Below the pieces are notes generated by a model, which did no database searches, was not told the origin of the DNA, and saw nothing but the letters and a program-made list of their open reading frames with translations. From the NCBI GenBank assembly GCA_030390025.1, contig CM059438.1:71052001-71116000 (forward strand): 64,000 nucleotides of DNA. The letters run 5' to 3'. Positions within the stretch are counted from its first letter, which is position 1. Each line of letters begins with the position of its first letter. A program made the translations under genes and the position numbers. Shown here piece by piece: positions 1-12,275 of the stretch. The DNA is from Squalus acanthias (Eukaryota).

Positions 1-365
1 GCCGAACGTAAAATCTGCCGTGAACCAGCGCGATCGGGCAGCGTCTTAGATCGTAATTTTACAAAAAAATGTTTAAAAAATATTCCTTGATCTATTTAAG
101 AGCGGTAACTTCATGCAGTTTGATTAATACAGCTGAAAATGGGTTTATTACAAAGGATAAGCATTGTTAATCAGAGTGTCAAGTCCACCACCTGTGAGTA
201 ACCTGGTTTTAAATAACTGAAAATGACTTTAAAAAAACTATACAGAACCATTTGCCAGTTATATTGGTGTACACTAGTCAGTTTCTTAGTAAATTTAAAA
301 AAATTGGCCGAGAAATTCATCTTGGGCGGTGGCGTAAAACGGGTGGTATCGGATCGGCCGCCCGT
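1..365. mobile_element. Partial copy of the non-autonomous DNA element also seen at 44153-44961
   Basis: Bases 1-310 align by eye with about 44270-44565 (aaatctgccgtgaaccagcgc..., cagctgaaaatgggtttat..., ccaccacctgtgagta..., tatacagaaccatttgc). Confidence 0.8.
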
Positions 366-368
366 TAT

Positions 369-694
369 ACATAAGAACATAAGAAATAGGAGCAGGAGTC
401 GGCCATTTGGCCCCCCGAGCCTGCTCCGCCATTCAATAAGACCATGGCTGATCATCTACCTCAACTCCACTTTCCTGCACTATCCCCATATCCCTTGATT
501 CCCTTAATATTCAAAAATCTATCGATCTCTGTCCTGAATATACTCAACGGCTAAGCCTCCACAGCCCTCTGGGGTTGAGAATTCCAAAGATTCACCGCCC
601 TCTGAGTGAAGAAATTTCTTCTCATTCTCAGTGCTAAATGGCCGACACCTTATTCTGAGACTGTGACCCCTGGTTCTAGACTTCCCAGCCAGGG
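369..694 (-). mobile_element. CR1 LINE 3' end fragment
   Basis: Near-identical to the 3' part of the CR1 at 8438-9090. Has the acataaga tail repeat and an ORF2 remnant (SRTRGHSLRIR). Confidence 0.88.
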
Positions 695-1734
695 CCTGAC
701 ATTCAGTTCCATTGACCGACACATTTACTAGTGCACAGTGCTGGTGGTTACATGCCTGTCACTGGTGGTTTTCATAGTGGAGCAATTTGAGGTGATGAAT
801 TAAGAGTAGCATACCAGAAATGAGTTGACCCGATATTAAAACACATTGCTTTACATGAGCTTTGTTTCCAAATTAGTACCGATACTCAAAATAATGGCAC
901 TTGATATAAATTTGAGTATTTATCGTAGCAGTTAACTGGTGCAGTGCATCTTTATCCCTGAATCTGTCACCTTTTCTAAGAAGGGTTTGGCCAGTTCCTT
1001 CTGTGGTGTGGATAATGACGTATACCCATATTACGGCTGAGAGATTCTACTGCTGAAACAACATGGGGGTAGGAAGAATAACTTCTGCTGTAATGATAAG
1101 CCAACTCGTATGTCAACCTGACAGCATTCAGCGTAAGAAACCTGAAAACTGTTGATTTAATTGCTGCACTTACAATTTGTGTCCCTGATGTCTAAACCTA
1201 TATGACAGTAATATAGTCTATACATATAATGATAGATATTACACACAGAAGGAAGTGCCTGTGGCAGTGTTAGCTTTTCAAGTGGAGATATCGCCTCTAA
1301 TTCCCTTTCCCCATATCCTTTTATATTCTTCCTTTTCAAATATTTATCCAATTCCTTTTCAAATGATGTTACTGTCTCTGCCAAAATAGCCACTTGTGCT
1401 AAAACATTCCATGTTCTAACAACCCCCGTGTGTGAAATAAATTCTTCTCCCTTTGTTCTTCTATCTTTAGAAGGATCTTTCTTATAATTTGTGATCAAGA
1501 ATATCCCAGTAATACTCCAAGTCCCACACCACCAATCCAACATTCTGTAGGATGCCCACTGTCAATGCCATTGTGACCACTGAGAATAATGCTGCAACAT
1601 GAAGAAAAACCTACTTTTACAAGAAAAAATTCTGTCTGTTAAAATAATACCTGCTACTGCTCAGTGAATTGAAGGCAGTAAATTACCAAAAAATATCTCA
1701 ATCCTCTTCACGGACAAAGATACGCCAAGGATAC

Positions 1735-2180
1735 AGGACATAGGGCACAGTTGCCTGATTGTTATGGCACTGGACTAGCAACCCAGAGATCATGAGTTCA
1801 AATCCCACTTAACAGGTTGTGAAAATTCAATGAATCTTCACCAGAGGACTAACCATGGATTGTAATGAAAACCTAACTGGTTTCATTAATGTCCTTCAGG
1901 GAAGGAAGCCTGTCACCAATGTTCCCTCTTACTTTTTTTTTGGTGCACGGTCCCTTTAAGTGGCTGCGCGACCCATTCAAATTTTCACGCATGCGCGGTT
2001 TCTCCCATACCAAAGCCAGTGAGCGGCCTGCGTGGGACCTCCAGACCACTGCTTAGCGGGAACATTGCCTGTCACCCCCTGCATAGTCTGGCCTACGTCT
2101 GACTCCCGTTCCCTACTACGCAGTTGACTCGTAAGGGTCTCGGGGTAACTAAGGAGGGGCAATAAATACTGTATTGCCTG
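1735..2180 (+). mobile_element. tRNA-headed SINE (family B), interrupted by a hAT MITE
   Basis: ggcactggactagcaacccagagatcatgagttcaaatccc head plus aatgtccttcagggaaggaa...gtctggcctacgtctgactcc core. Homologous to the reverse complement of 39415-39835 and 60747-61208. Confidence 0.7.
1917..2067. mobile_element. hAT-type MITE with 8-bp TSD
   Basis: TIRs CAATGTTCCCTCTTA / TTAGCGGGAACATTG. Direct repeat CCTGTCAC at 1909-1916 and 2068-2075. Second copy at 37830-37993. Confidence 0.9.
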
Positions 2181-3164
2181 CATCTCGGGAACAAATAAAA
2201 AAAAGTGGTCAGGGCACTCTCTAATAAAGAGGATGCAGATTGGATAAAACTCTTGATTGCAATGTAGTTGGCATCCGTCAGTAGCTCCATTTACAGAGTC
2301 AGGCACTGACCCAGCTTGTTTTATATGTGCCTGTTTATGTTGTTCAATCTGGGGTTTCCATATTGGCAAGCGTGTTAGTTAGTTAGTTTTCTCCTCTCTC
2401 TGTGCCTGCTGGCCCACATTGAACCAAATGTAGATGCCATTGGGATATATTTTTCTAAACCAACCATCAAACACCAATCACATACAAAATTGTCTGCAAG
2501 TTTTGTATTTTCTCCTTGTCGTAAGGTATTTAGATGTTATGCCACAAAAGCCTTGTTCCCTTCCACCCGTCAACGCTGCTCTTGGAGCAGGCTTTTAAAA
2601 AGATTTGTGAGTGGGAACTGACCCAAGGGTAAATCCAATTCTTCCCACTCCCTTCCCCATTGAGTTCACCGATGGAACTGTGCACATTACCAGTCTCCCG
2701 AGCCGTTCAGGATGATTCCAGACCGGCAAGGCCATTGATGTGTGGTTTTCGCGGGAAGGTGGATGGAATTGCAGGACTCACCAAATCGTTAATGAAAATC
2801 CTCCAATTCCATATTTTAAAAATAAAATTGAATTTGACCCATTCAGTCACTGTAAACTAATGGACCTAGTTGTCAATGGATGGAATCATGGAATGTGATT
2901 CCTGTATCTATCACCAGTCAAAATCCCAGAATCCCATGTAATTAAAAACATAAACATGTGGCCCTGCAGACTGCCTGTGCCTGCTCTGATCCCTGGCGTG
3001 GCAGATAAACATCCCAGCTGAATTGTTTCAGACAGGGCGCTATAACAATGCACTTAGGAGCTGGCACAGGTAATTGGGAATCTTCCTGGATAACTTCATG
3101 TGTGACATTGAGAAACACAGATTGGGAAGCCACGACATGGAAAATTGCCAAGCTCTGAAATTTC

Positions 3165-3356
3165 TAAGTTCTGGAATTCCCTCCCTGAACCTCTCCACCC
3201 CCTTTAAGTCGCGCCTTAAAATCTACCTCTTTGACCAAGCTTTTGGTCACCTGCCTTAATATCATTATGTGGCTCGGTGTCTGATAACACTCCTGTGAAG
3301 CACCTTGGGACGTTTTACTACGTAAAGGTGCTATATCAATGTAAGTTGTTGTTATT
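3165..3356 (+). mobile_element. L2 LINE 3' end fragment
   Basis: Matches the 3' end of the L2 at 14050-14966 (ctctttgaccaagcttttggtcacctg...ttgttgtt tail). Confidence 0.85.
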
Positions 3357-4603
3357 GCTTCAAGTCCATATCCCACTGCTGTGTGGCACACGGAATTGTG
3401 GGGGACGACTGCACTGTCCAACTTTCTGAACCACTGACTGGTTCAAATTACATTTTTTCAGTTCGAGTTATACACAGGCGTCGTGTCGTTTCCCAATGTC
3501 GCAGCCACAAATTAAAATGCCATTTCCTGTCATTTGATACCGCATGTCCAAAGGCTGCAGCCTTAGCTGCTATTGTCCCTGCCCTTTTAAAATTCGATCA
3601 GCTGGCAGTGGTGATCTCACCTCCAGTCACCTCCCCATAACCAACCGACGACAGACTCCCATAACTGCGGCATTCGTTAAAGCACCGTAGCAACTCGTAA
3701 GATGGAGCGCTCTTGTCAGAGTGGGGAGATGAGTGGGGGAGGGGAGAGATTGAGGGCCTGTTTCCTACCCAACAAAACTTTAACGTGTTATAATGATTTG
3801 TACCTGTAATCTCTTTGTCAAAATCTGTTTTTCCACTTTACAATACAGTATTTATGAGCTGCGTCTACTGACCCCAGAGAACTCCCTTGCACACAAACAC
3901 TCAAGTAACATGAACACAATATGCAATATAACGTAACACTTGAGGGGGCTCCAGGTTAAACTGTAGTCTTAGGATTCATATGAACCCCTCTTTATGCTGT
4001 AATCCTGTAACACACACTAACCGAACCATTGCTCTATAGATGGAACAATCATGTTTTCAATCTAAAACTAATACAATTACCCTTCTGTGTAACGCAGACC
4101 ATGACAAAATGTTTTGTTTTAATTAAATAACTAATTGCGTACAAATGCAAGTTATTTTCCTTTCTAATTCATTCCATAATTTCCATTGCTGCTACATAAA
4201 TAGCACTTCCAAGAATATTTCCGAACCGTGTTGTGTGAGCACAGAGACTATTGTAAATTGAGACCTTTCTCATGCTGAGGAGGGGTTGGTTGTAATTATT
4301 GCTGATAAGTTACAGGAGCAAGAACGTGGACAGTTTAAATAAAACATTGGAAAAACAGTCAAGGATTACCATCCCACACAAAAACTGCAGAGGACTGTGT
4401 TGACTTGCTTGCTTGCTCCTGTTTCTTTTATTTGTAGTTTGTATAATCTGGCAGATTCCTAAATGCATTTTAATAGATGTGCTAAGCACCTCATTAGGGT
4501 ATGAATTAAGATCATTGAATTTTGGCCAAGAAGATATCTCTCTTTATCAGTTTTTTTCTGTTTCTCCTCTTCGCCTGAAGGTGCTGACTCTTGCTGGGAT
4601 AAT

Positions 4604-5330
4604 GGCCCTGAAATTGCGGTGTCTTCGATGGCGTACACTCAGCGTACGCCGCCGTAATCCATCTGAAAGGCCCCGTAACTTCTGGGTTTCCGCAAACGCA
4701 AAACCCAGAACTTGCGATCTGTCAAGGTACGCCTTGACAGATCATAATAACCTAAGGTAAAATCAGTATCGCTGGCGCAGAGTGGGGCTATTTGCCCAAC
4801 AACTGCACAGCAATTGCCGACAAAGCTCTTACGGCTGATAAAAGCAGGTATCGGGCCTGCTTTCATCAGCGTAAGGTTTATTAGAAATCTTAAATTAAAT
4901 ATTAAAAAATAAAAAATGATACACAAACACTTTAAATTAGTTTATGCAAATGTTAAGATGTTTAAGATTATTTTTCAAAAAATGTAATTTTTATTGTATT
5001 TGGCGTAATGAAGGGACTTCTGAATAAAATTGGAATTCAGAACATTTATAACTATTGGAATTGTGTAAATTGCTTAATTATTTGGGGATTCTGTTCGAAA
5101 ATGACTGCAATGGAATGCTCCTTTGTGATTGGAGAACTGGGCCCAGGTGATCCCAGGGACGCTTCTGAACCGCCTGCATCCCTGGGATCCGCGGGCCTTT
5201 ACGCAGACGTAGGCCTGGAGGCCCGAGACCCGTACTCTCCACAGCCTGGACGCATGGAGGTAGGTGCGGAAATGTTTTGCGGGTCAGAGGCATACTCCGG
5301 GGGTACGCCTCCGACCGCAATTTCTAGCTC
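4604..5330. mobile_element. About 720-bp MITE (GC-rich ends, AT-rich core), nested in a family A SINE
   Basis: TIRs GGCCCTGAAATTGCGGT / ACCGCAATTTCTAGCTC. Colinear with 7018-7728. SINE sequence continues on both sides (4545-4601 and 5335-5720). Confidence 0.85.
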
Positions 5331-5334
5331 ATTA

Positions 5335-5720
5335 TTTCAGAGATACCAACAGCCCTTAGCACCAAACCCAAATAGGACATTACCTCACGTGGAAGTCTAG
5401 ATGGTGTGTGCCAGCAGGCTTGCTTGACCGTGGAGATGTATTGTAGCTGATCCCAAAACATCTTCTCCCCCCCACCCCCCCCGTATCCATGCACATTATC
5501 CAGCAGGAATCACTGAATTGTGATCAGCAGAGGGAACCTTGGCCTATCCCGCCCCCACCCCCGCCCCCCCACTAGCCCAGAGAGGTTGAGGCTAATTGTG
5601 ACTACTAACACTATCACCACCCTGACTGAAAGCAGCTACCTCCGCACAGAGCAACAGTCAAACCTGTATGTGGCTTAGCTCCATGCTAAGCAGTGCATGT
5701 ACCAACTGAGCTGTCAGGAA
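5335..5720 (-). mobile_element. tRNA-headed SINE, family A (unnamed here)
   Basis: Motifs tccagcaggaatcactg, ctagcccag..tgaggctaattgt and accaactgagct are shared with many copies in the window. Confidence 0.7.
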
Positions 5721-5849
5721 ACTTTCTCTGTCTCGTCGTTAGTTTCTTAAAGGAGAGTGACATAACTGAAGACAGGAGTTTCCGCTTTAAAGTACTGTAA
5801 CTTTTTCCCTGCAGCTGTTTTCTGGTGATCAGGGAAAATCAGTACAGAG

Positions 5850-6122
5850 TGTAGCAAAAGAACCAGAGGGGAGATGAGGTGAATTTTTTTTTTTAACGTA
5901 GCGATTTGTTATAAACTGGAATGCATTGCCTGAAAGGGTGGTGGAAGCAGATTCAATAGTAACTTTCAAAAGGGAATTCTATGTATACTTTGAACAGTAT
6001 AAAAATTTCAGTGCTACGGGGAAAGAGCAGGGGAGTGAGACTAATTGGATAGCTCTTTCAAAGAGTCAGCAAAGACACGATGGGCTGAATGGCCTCATTC
6101 TGTGCTGTAAGATTCTATGAGT
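5850..6122 (+). mobile_element. CR1 LINE 3' end fragment
   Basis: Translation PERVVEADSIVTFKRE resembles the CR1 ORF2 C-terminus. Tail gatgggctgaatggcct..ttctgtgctgtaagattctatga. Confidence 0.85.
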
Positions 6123-6329
6123 TTCAGGAGATTAAATGGATAAGGTAGGGTCGACAATAGTGTGGATTGCATGTTGTCAGTGGAAGGAGTGGGCTTGATA
6201 TATTGAATTACCTTACCTCTTTTGCATGCCAGTATCGCATGTGCCCGCAGAGTGATACTGGCAATGGCTCAAAAGTAATTTGCCTGTTGGCCATCTGCTC
6301 GGAGAATGAAATGGTTGTTTCTTTTATAT

Positions 6330-6670
6330 ATTCAGATAGAGTGTAAAGTTCCCTCAACCCTGTACCAACAATCTGCCTCAGCCCCAAGTTCAGAAAAGCA
6401 CCCTTACTGCACCAGTATGAGATTTCTCGCTCCAGCCATCCCGTGGCCCCTCTGAGTGAGATTGCCAATTGGCGTTGAAAGAGTTCCGTACTGTAGACCC
6501 AAGCCCGCTAGGAAATGGATTGAGACTGTACAGATTCATTTCACGTAGGACCCTCACTGCCAGCAGACAGAAGAGACTTTCATCGCATCAGTCTGGGCTG
6601 GATTTGAACCAAAGTACCAGAGGTGAAAGGGTATGGTATAACCCAGTGCATGGCCCAGTTCCCAGGAATG
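6330..6670 (-). mobile_element. LF-SINE-like element
   Basis: ctaggaaatggattgagac..ttcatttcacgtagg..gactttc..ctgggctggatttgaacc..agaggtgaaagg follows the reverse complement of the LF-SINE consensus as I recall it. Confidence 0.7.
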
Positions 6671-7017
6671 GTTCCTTATCAACGTCTGAATTTTTAAAAA
6701 AAAGGGGTGGGTAGGGGAGAGAAAATATTAAAATGGTAAGAAAAGAAAGCATAGTCAATTTTATATTTCTAGAACCTGACACTGTTATGCTAAAGGTTAT
6801 TAGCATGTCATCAGGTGGTTGTGAAATGGAGGCCACTGGTGTGAACTGGTCTGGCAGCAATTTATAAATCTCTTCATGGGTTGTTGCTATGGCTAGTTAT
6901 ACTACAAATCTGCATTGACACAAAACAGTTTCAGCTTCATGTTGACTCCAACTGTATGGTAGAACTTGAATATAGGGTCTCTGCACCAATGGTGTTTCAA
7001 TAGTGTAGAAAATGTTG

Positions 7018-7728
7018 GGCCTGAATTTGCGGTGTGTACGTGGTGCGTACGCGCCCGTAAGGGCCCCGCAGGTTCCGGAGTTTTCGCGCGCGAAACCTAG
7101 AACTTGCAATCTGTCAAGAATCTTCTTGACAAATCGTAGCCATCCCCAGGAAATGGACCTCCGCGGGCAGAGAGTTGGGCTATTTGCCCAGCGAATACCC
7201 GTGAAATTCTTACGCCTGGTAAGAACAGGCGTAAGGCCTGTTTTTACCAGCGTAACAGTTTAAATGAATATAAAAATATATTTTTTTTCAATTATTTAAA
7301 CATTAAAACACCTGTAAAATAAGTTATTACTTTTAGCCCCTTAAAAACATTTAAATTTATTTTTCAAAAAATTACATTTTTGTTTTAAAATGTTTAAATT
7401 GTATTTTAATTAATTTTAAATATGCAATTTTTTAAAATTTATTTGATACGTAAATGTGTTTTTTTTTAATGTGATCCCCATTCATGCTTCTGGGGATTCC
7501 GTACCTACCTATGAATGGGGATCCCCCTTCTTTCATTGGTTGGGCCGGCCCACGTGATCCCAGGGCCGCTTGCGAACCACCTGGGATACGTGGGCCTCTA
7601 CGCATGTCTACGTGTAGAGTCCCAGGGGCGCGAGTCTCCGTGGATCCCGAAGCAGAAGGTAGGTGCGTAATTTATTTGTGGATCGGAGGCATTTCCCCGC
7701 GGGAAGCCTCCGACCGCAAATTCAGGCC
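7018..7728. mobile_element. About 710-bp MITE with perfect 16-bp TIR
   Basis: GGCCTGAATTTGCGGT at 7018 and ACCGCAAATTCAGGCC at 7713-7728. Subterminal hairpin tcggaggc...gcctccga. TSD not resolved. Confidence 0.88.
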
Positions 7729-8111
7729 GAATGAGACAGCAATTTGGGTTTGCACTGGCTGCAACCTTATTAATGCAACCAATGTAAAGTGAAGTTTAAA
7801 AAGTCCCCAGGCAATACGTTGGAACCTTTTAAACTTCATGTTTAATCTTTTTCATGTTAGCAAAAATCCGACTGCACGTCAGCTCTGTGCCGAAGTATGT
7901 TTAAAATTTAACCAGCAATTGGCACGTTCCTAGAGCGACGCGGACTCGGCAGTATAACTTGAGTCTGATATATCACTGTGAGCAGGTATTAGTAGCAAAT
8001 GGAGTACATTACATAGCTGCATCCTTAATCTCGTTTGTTACTTAGAGAGTGTCGATTCAGGACCACTGCGGTTGTGAAACATGCCTACTCTTTCCTTGCC
8101 TCAAACTCAGT

Positions 8112-8271
8112 GGGAGTAATGTTGACTTTGTTGCGAAAGTGTAACACAGGCAATAGTGAACTGGTAGTCCATTTTACACCTCTCCCAACTTAAAATCGGG
8201 AGAGATGTAAATTGGGCTGCCAATTCGTTAGCACCTGTTTTACACTATCTCTCAAAGTCGAAATTACCCCC
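8112..8271. mobile_element. Short palindromic MITE-like element
   Basis: Arms gtaatgttgactttg...ttttacacctctccc and gggagagatgtaaaa...caaagtcgaaattac are reverse complements. Related pieces at about 50950-51037 and 57322-57412/58262-58350. Confidence 0.75.
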
Positions 8272-8437
8272 AATGACTTAAACAAAAGCTTTCAGTGTAT
8301 ATTACACACCTTTGCAGATAGAAAGGGGAGAATTCAAAGCTTAGAGAATAGGTGTGATCTTTTCAAGCTTCCTATCTCTGTAATGTAGAATCCCCTTGGT
8401 TAGATCAGTATCTTGTGCTTACTCCCTATTGTGCATA

Positions 8438-9090
8438 TAAGAACATTACAACTTAAGAAATAGGAGCAGGAGTAGGCCATTCGGCCCCTCGAGCCTGCTC
8501 CGCCATTCAATAAGATCACGGCTGATCTGATCTTGGCCTCAACTCCACTTTCCTGCCCGCTCCCCATAACCCTTGATTCCCCTGTTTTTCAAAAATCTGT
8601 CTATCTCCACTGACTCCGCCTCCACAGCTCTCTGAGGAAGAGAATTCCAAAGATTCACGACCCTCTGAGAGAAGAAATTCCTTCTCATCTCTGTTTTAAA
8701 TGGGCGACCCCTTATTCTGAAACTATGCCCCCTAGTTCTAGATTCCCCCACGAGGGGAAACATCCTCTCTGCATCTACCCTGTCAAGCCCCCTCAGAATC
8801 TTATCTGTTTCAATAAGATCACCTCTCATTCTTCTAAATTCCAATGAGTATAGGCCCCACCTGCTCAACCTTTCCTCATAAGACAACCTCTTCAACTCAG
8901 GAATCAACCTAGTGAACCTTCTCTGAACTGCCTCTAATGTAAGTATATCCTTCCTTAAATAAGGGGACCAAAACTGTACGCAGCACTCCAGGTGTGGTCT
9001 CACCAACGCCCTGTACTGTTGTAGCAAGACTTCCCTACTTTTATACTCCATCCCCCTTTCAATAAAGGCCAACATTCCATTTGCCTTCCT
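8438..9090 (-). mobile_element. CR1 LINE, 5'-truncated, with open ORF2 C-terminus
   Basis: ORF 8539..9111 contains LVRPHLECCVQFWSPYLRKDILTLEAVQRRFTRLIP...RRMRGDLIET...FFSQRVVNLWNSLP, characteristic CR1 ORF2 motifs, followed by the 3' UTR. Confidence 0.95.
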
Positions 9091-9854
9091 GGTATGGTAA
9101 GCTACATTCATAATTCAGACCACTCTTAGAGTTAACCAATATCAGTTTTAAAATGCAAACCCTCAAAGTGTTAAGCACAAACTAAAGCAGTGTACATTTC
9201 CCAGAATGCCAGTGATGCAATGATGTCGCTGACGTTTTTGGAAACTTCACTTCAAGTAGCTAAATTGTTTGCCTTCCTTATCAAGATCCATTTAATTTGT
9301 GAGCAAGGCGGAGAGATTTCCTTTTTTTTCTTCCTTGGCTTGATAATAAGTTGCCTTTTCGAGCGCCTGGTCATGTTCAGTTGTCCAAAACTCCCTGTTT
9401 ATTGTTGTGGAGAACATTCCTTGGAACTGCCAGACCTTAGCAATTATTTGGATATTAGAAAGGTCACATAAAAGTGTTTCTTTCTCAGTTGCTGGTATTT
9501 ACCTAGATTTTGGTTATTTATTCTGGAAACAGATTTGCCACTATGGCAGACTGTGGTTTTCTTAATGACAGGAGAAATTTGATAGCAGTGATGATATCTA
9601 TCCCACAAATTAACTCTCGAGGGAGAGTGAACTGCAATAGAATAATCAGGGTTCAAATACATTATGCCAGCCAGACCTGAAAATTAAAGCCACAAATATA
9701 AATCTTTTCTCAACACAAGATACACAACCTTATGTTAGCAGGGTTTTTTCCTGGTTTTTTTTGTAATGCAAAGGATATCAGTGCTGAGAATTGATTTTTT
9801 TTTTACTTTGGGAATGCAGTGATGGCATGGAACAATCCCAGGTCAGTTCCAACA

Positions 9855-10262
9855 GCAGCAACAACGTGCATTTATAAATTGCCTTGAATGTAGTCAAATG
9901 TGGCGAGGCGCTTCACAGGAGCGTAATCAGACAACATTTGACAACGATTCACATAAGGAGATATTAGGACAGGTGACAAGGTAGGTTTTAAGGAGCGTCT
10001 TAAAGGGGGAGAGAGAGGTAGAAAGGTGGAGAGGTTTTAAGAGGGAATTCCAGAGCATAGGGACTAGACAACTGAAGGCACGGCCGCCAATGGTGGGGCG
10101 ATGGAAATTGGTGATGCACACGAGGCCAGAATTGGAGGAACGCAGATTTCTCGGGAGGATTGTAGGGGCAGAGAAGGTTACAGAGACAGGGAGGGGCAAG
10201 GCCATGAAGGGATTTGAACAGGAGAATGAGAATTTTAAATTTGATGTGTTGCTGGACCGGGG
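9855..10262 (-). mobile_element. L2 LINE 3' fragment
   Basis: Frameshifted L2 ORF2 C-terminus (IKFKILILLFKSLHGLAPP; TIGGRAFSCL..LWNSL) plus the L2 3' UTR. Confidence 0.9.
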
Positions 10263-11864
10263 GCCAGTTAGGGTCGCCAACTCTGCTTGGACATATTCCT
10301 GGAGGTTTCATCACATGATCTCCTGCCTCCAAGCACCCTGCCCCCACCCTCCCGCCACTGGAAAGTGAAGAGACTCTTCGTCGCCCGATTGGATGATTCT
10401 TCACTGTCAGTTAAATCGCTTTTTTTTGCCATCTCCAATATTTTTCTAACTAATAGTTCATGGTTCACCTGAATAGAACTTTAAAGAGACACTGCAGTTG
10501 TTGCACTTTAAGGAGACAGTCTTGCTTATAGGATATTATGTGCAAGTGATGTGATTAAGTGTTTTATGTGATTTATGCTATTGTATTATTACAAATAATG
10601 ATGTCTGTCAGATGTTTCTGTAAAGACAGTACCCCTTTAAGAACTAATAACCTACTTAGGAGCTCTAGTGTGTAAAAAGCGACCTAGAAACTAAACTACT
10701 CAGATTAAATTAAGACTTTTTGATTTGTAAAATAGTTTAAATTGTGAAAAAAATTACAGTTTAAGAAAAACATTGTTACTGCCACAGCCAACAAAAGCAA
10801 CCTTACAGTTAATGACTTAAAGATGTGTCATTCCTTTCTGACAGTTTTCACAAGTGCGTCAGACCAGTAATAAAAATAAAATGCGCACATATTTGACAAA
10901 TTGAAGGCTCTCTGCTTTGAGACGGTTTTATTTTTAGAACTCGTGAGTTGTCACTTTGCCGCAGAGGCAAACGAATGGCACAACTACCTGACTGGAGATG
11001 CTGTTGTACGTTATTAAACTTAAAGCATGGACAGGTAACCTGGCCAGTAAGTACCAGGAGGGAGGTCCCTTTCACGGCCCAGTGAGTTATCATGGCCAAA
11101 GCTCCATACCTTCACGCTCTGTACCACAATGGATTTGAGTATCAAACCCTGTGGCACCACCACTCCCAGATGGCCACTATTTTGACTCTATGAGTATCTT
11201 CTTGTACTTATTTTCCTTGGTAAATGAGAATTGATGCTAATTGCCGCAGACGAGGCATGATTTAACTCTTAAGTTTTCATTTTAAAATGAAGGAATCCAT
11301 GTCGGTTCTGAATCTAAATTATCCTTCTGCAACAATAGTCTTACCTCAAGCAGGAGTACCCTAGTTCAGTTTATGTCTGGCTCTATAATTTATCATTTTT
11401 ATTTTCTTTATGAAAAATTAAGATTGCGAAGTACAGGAACCATATTATGAAAGCTATTGTGCAGCAGACCTGTTATCAGTCAGCGAGCTTTTCCTTTAAA
11501 TGCTTTGCTTTGCTCAATCTGTTTTTGTAATAAAGAAGCCCAGTGGATTGTGAAGGCAGCATTCACACGCGCATAGCCTGCACATGCTCAGTTCAGACTC
11601 CAAAAAAGCCCCCTGTGGGGAAATTGAGGCCTGCACCAAAACATTTGTCTTAATTAGCTACAGTTGGGCTTGAAATGACTGGTTGACCCTGAATGTTAAT
11701 GTCTTCTGGAAATCACTAATTCATATTTTCTCTTTCCTTTGGGTTTTAAAAGCCTTTGAATACATTAACTTGAATTGATAGTAACCAAGATTGTTTTCTC
11801 TGAATTCAACGCCTCAGCATTCGGCTCTAGTTTTGGGCTTTTTACCTTAATGGACTTCAATCTT

Positions 11865-12275
11865 TCAGTTTTCTTCCATGCTTTCCTGTCCCTTGCTGGG
11901 TATAGTTCCACGGGTGTTGGCAACGCTCTGGTGCCTCACCTAAGTAGCTATTGTTCATGTGTGAGGCCAGACAGTGAGCAATGGGAGGCTGTTTGACATG
12001 GAGAACATCTCAGCTGACACCTGACAAAAAAATGCACATGGCACTTTGTGACAGGGGTCACTGGAGAGTGATCAGGAGTAGAAAACCTAGTTGATTTTTT
12101 TTTCTTCACTTTCTTCCCTAGCCTACAGCACTGAGGCCAGTTGTCGCACACTAACACTGCCGTGGCTAAGATCAGCTAATTCAGTAGAGACCAGTGATTG
12201 AACCGAAGACCTTCTAGTTCATAAGGCTCAGCAATATATTGGGCAATGCATTTAACCATTAAATCATCAGCAGTG
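11865..12275 (-). mobile_element. SINE family A copy
   Basis: cttgctgggtatagttccacgggtg...caggggtcactggagagtgatcaggag...ctgaggccagttgt...gatcagctaattcag. Confidence 0.75.

Noticed and set aside
6208-6468. ORF as the next PAPPA exon (RQITFEP resembles KQVACEP)
   Set aside because: It lacks the CCP cysteines and tryptophan and overlaps an LF-SINE-like repeat. The true next exon was not found and probably lies beyond base 1.
8539-9111. 190-aa ORF as a host gene
   Set aside because: CR1 ORF2 C-terminus; truncated retroelement.
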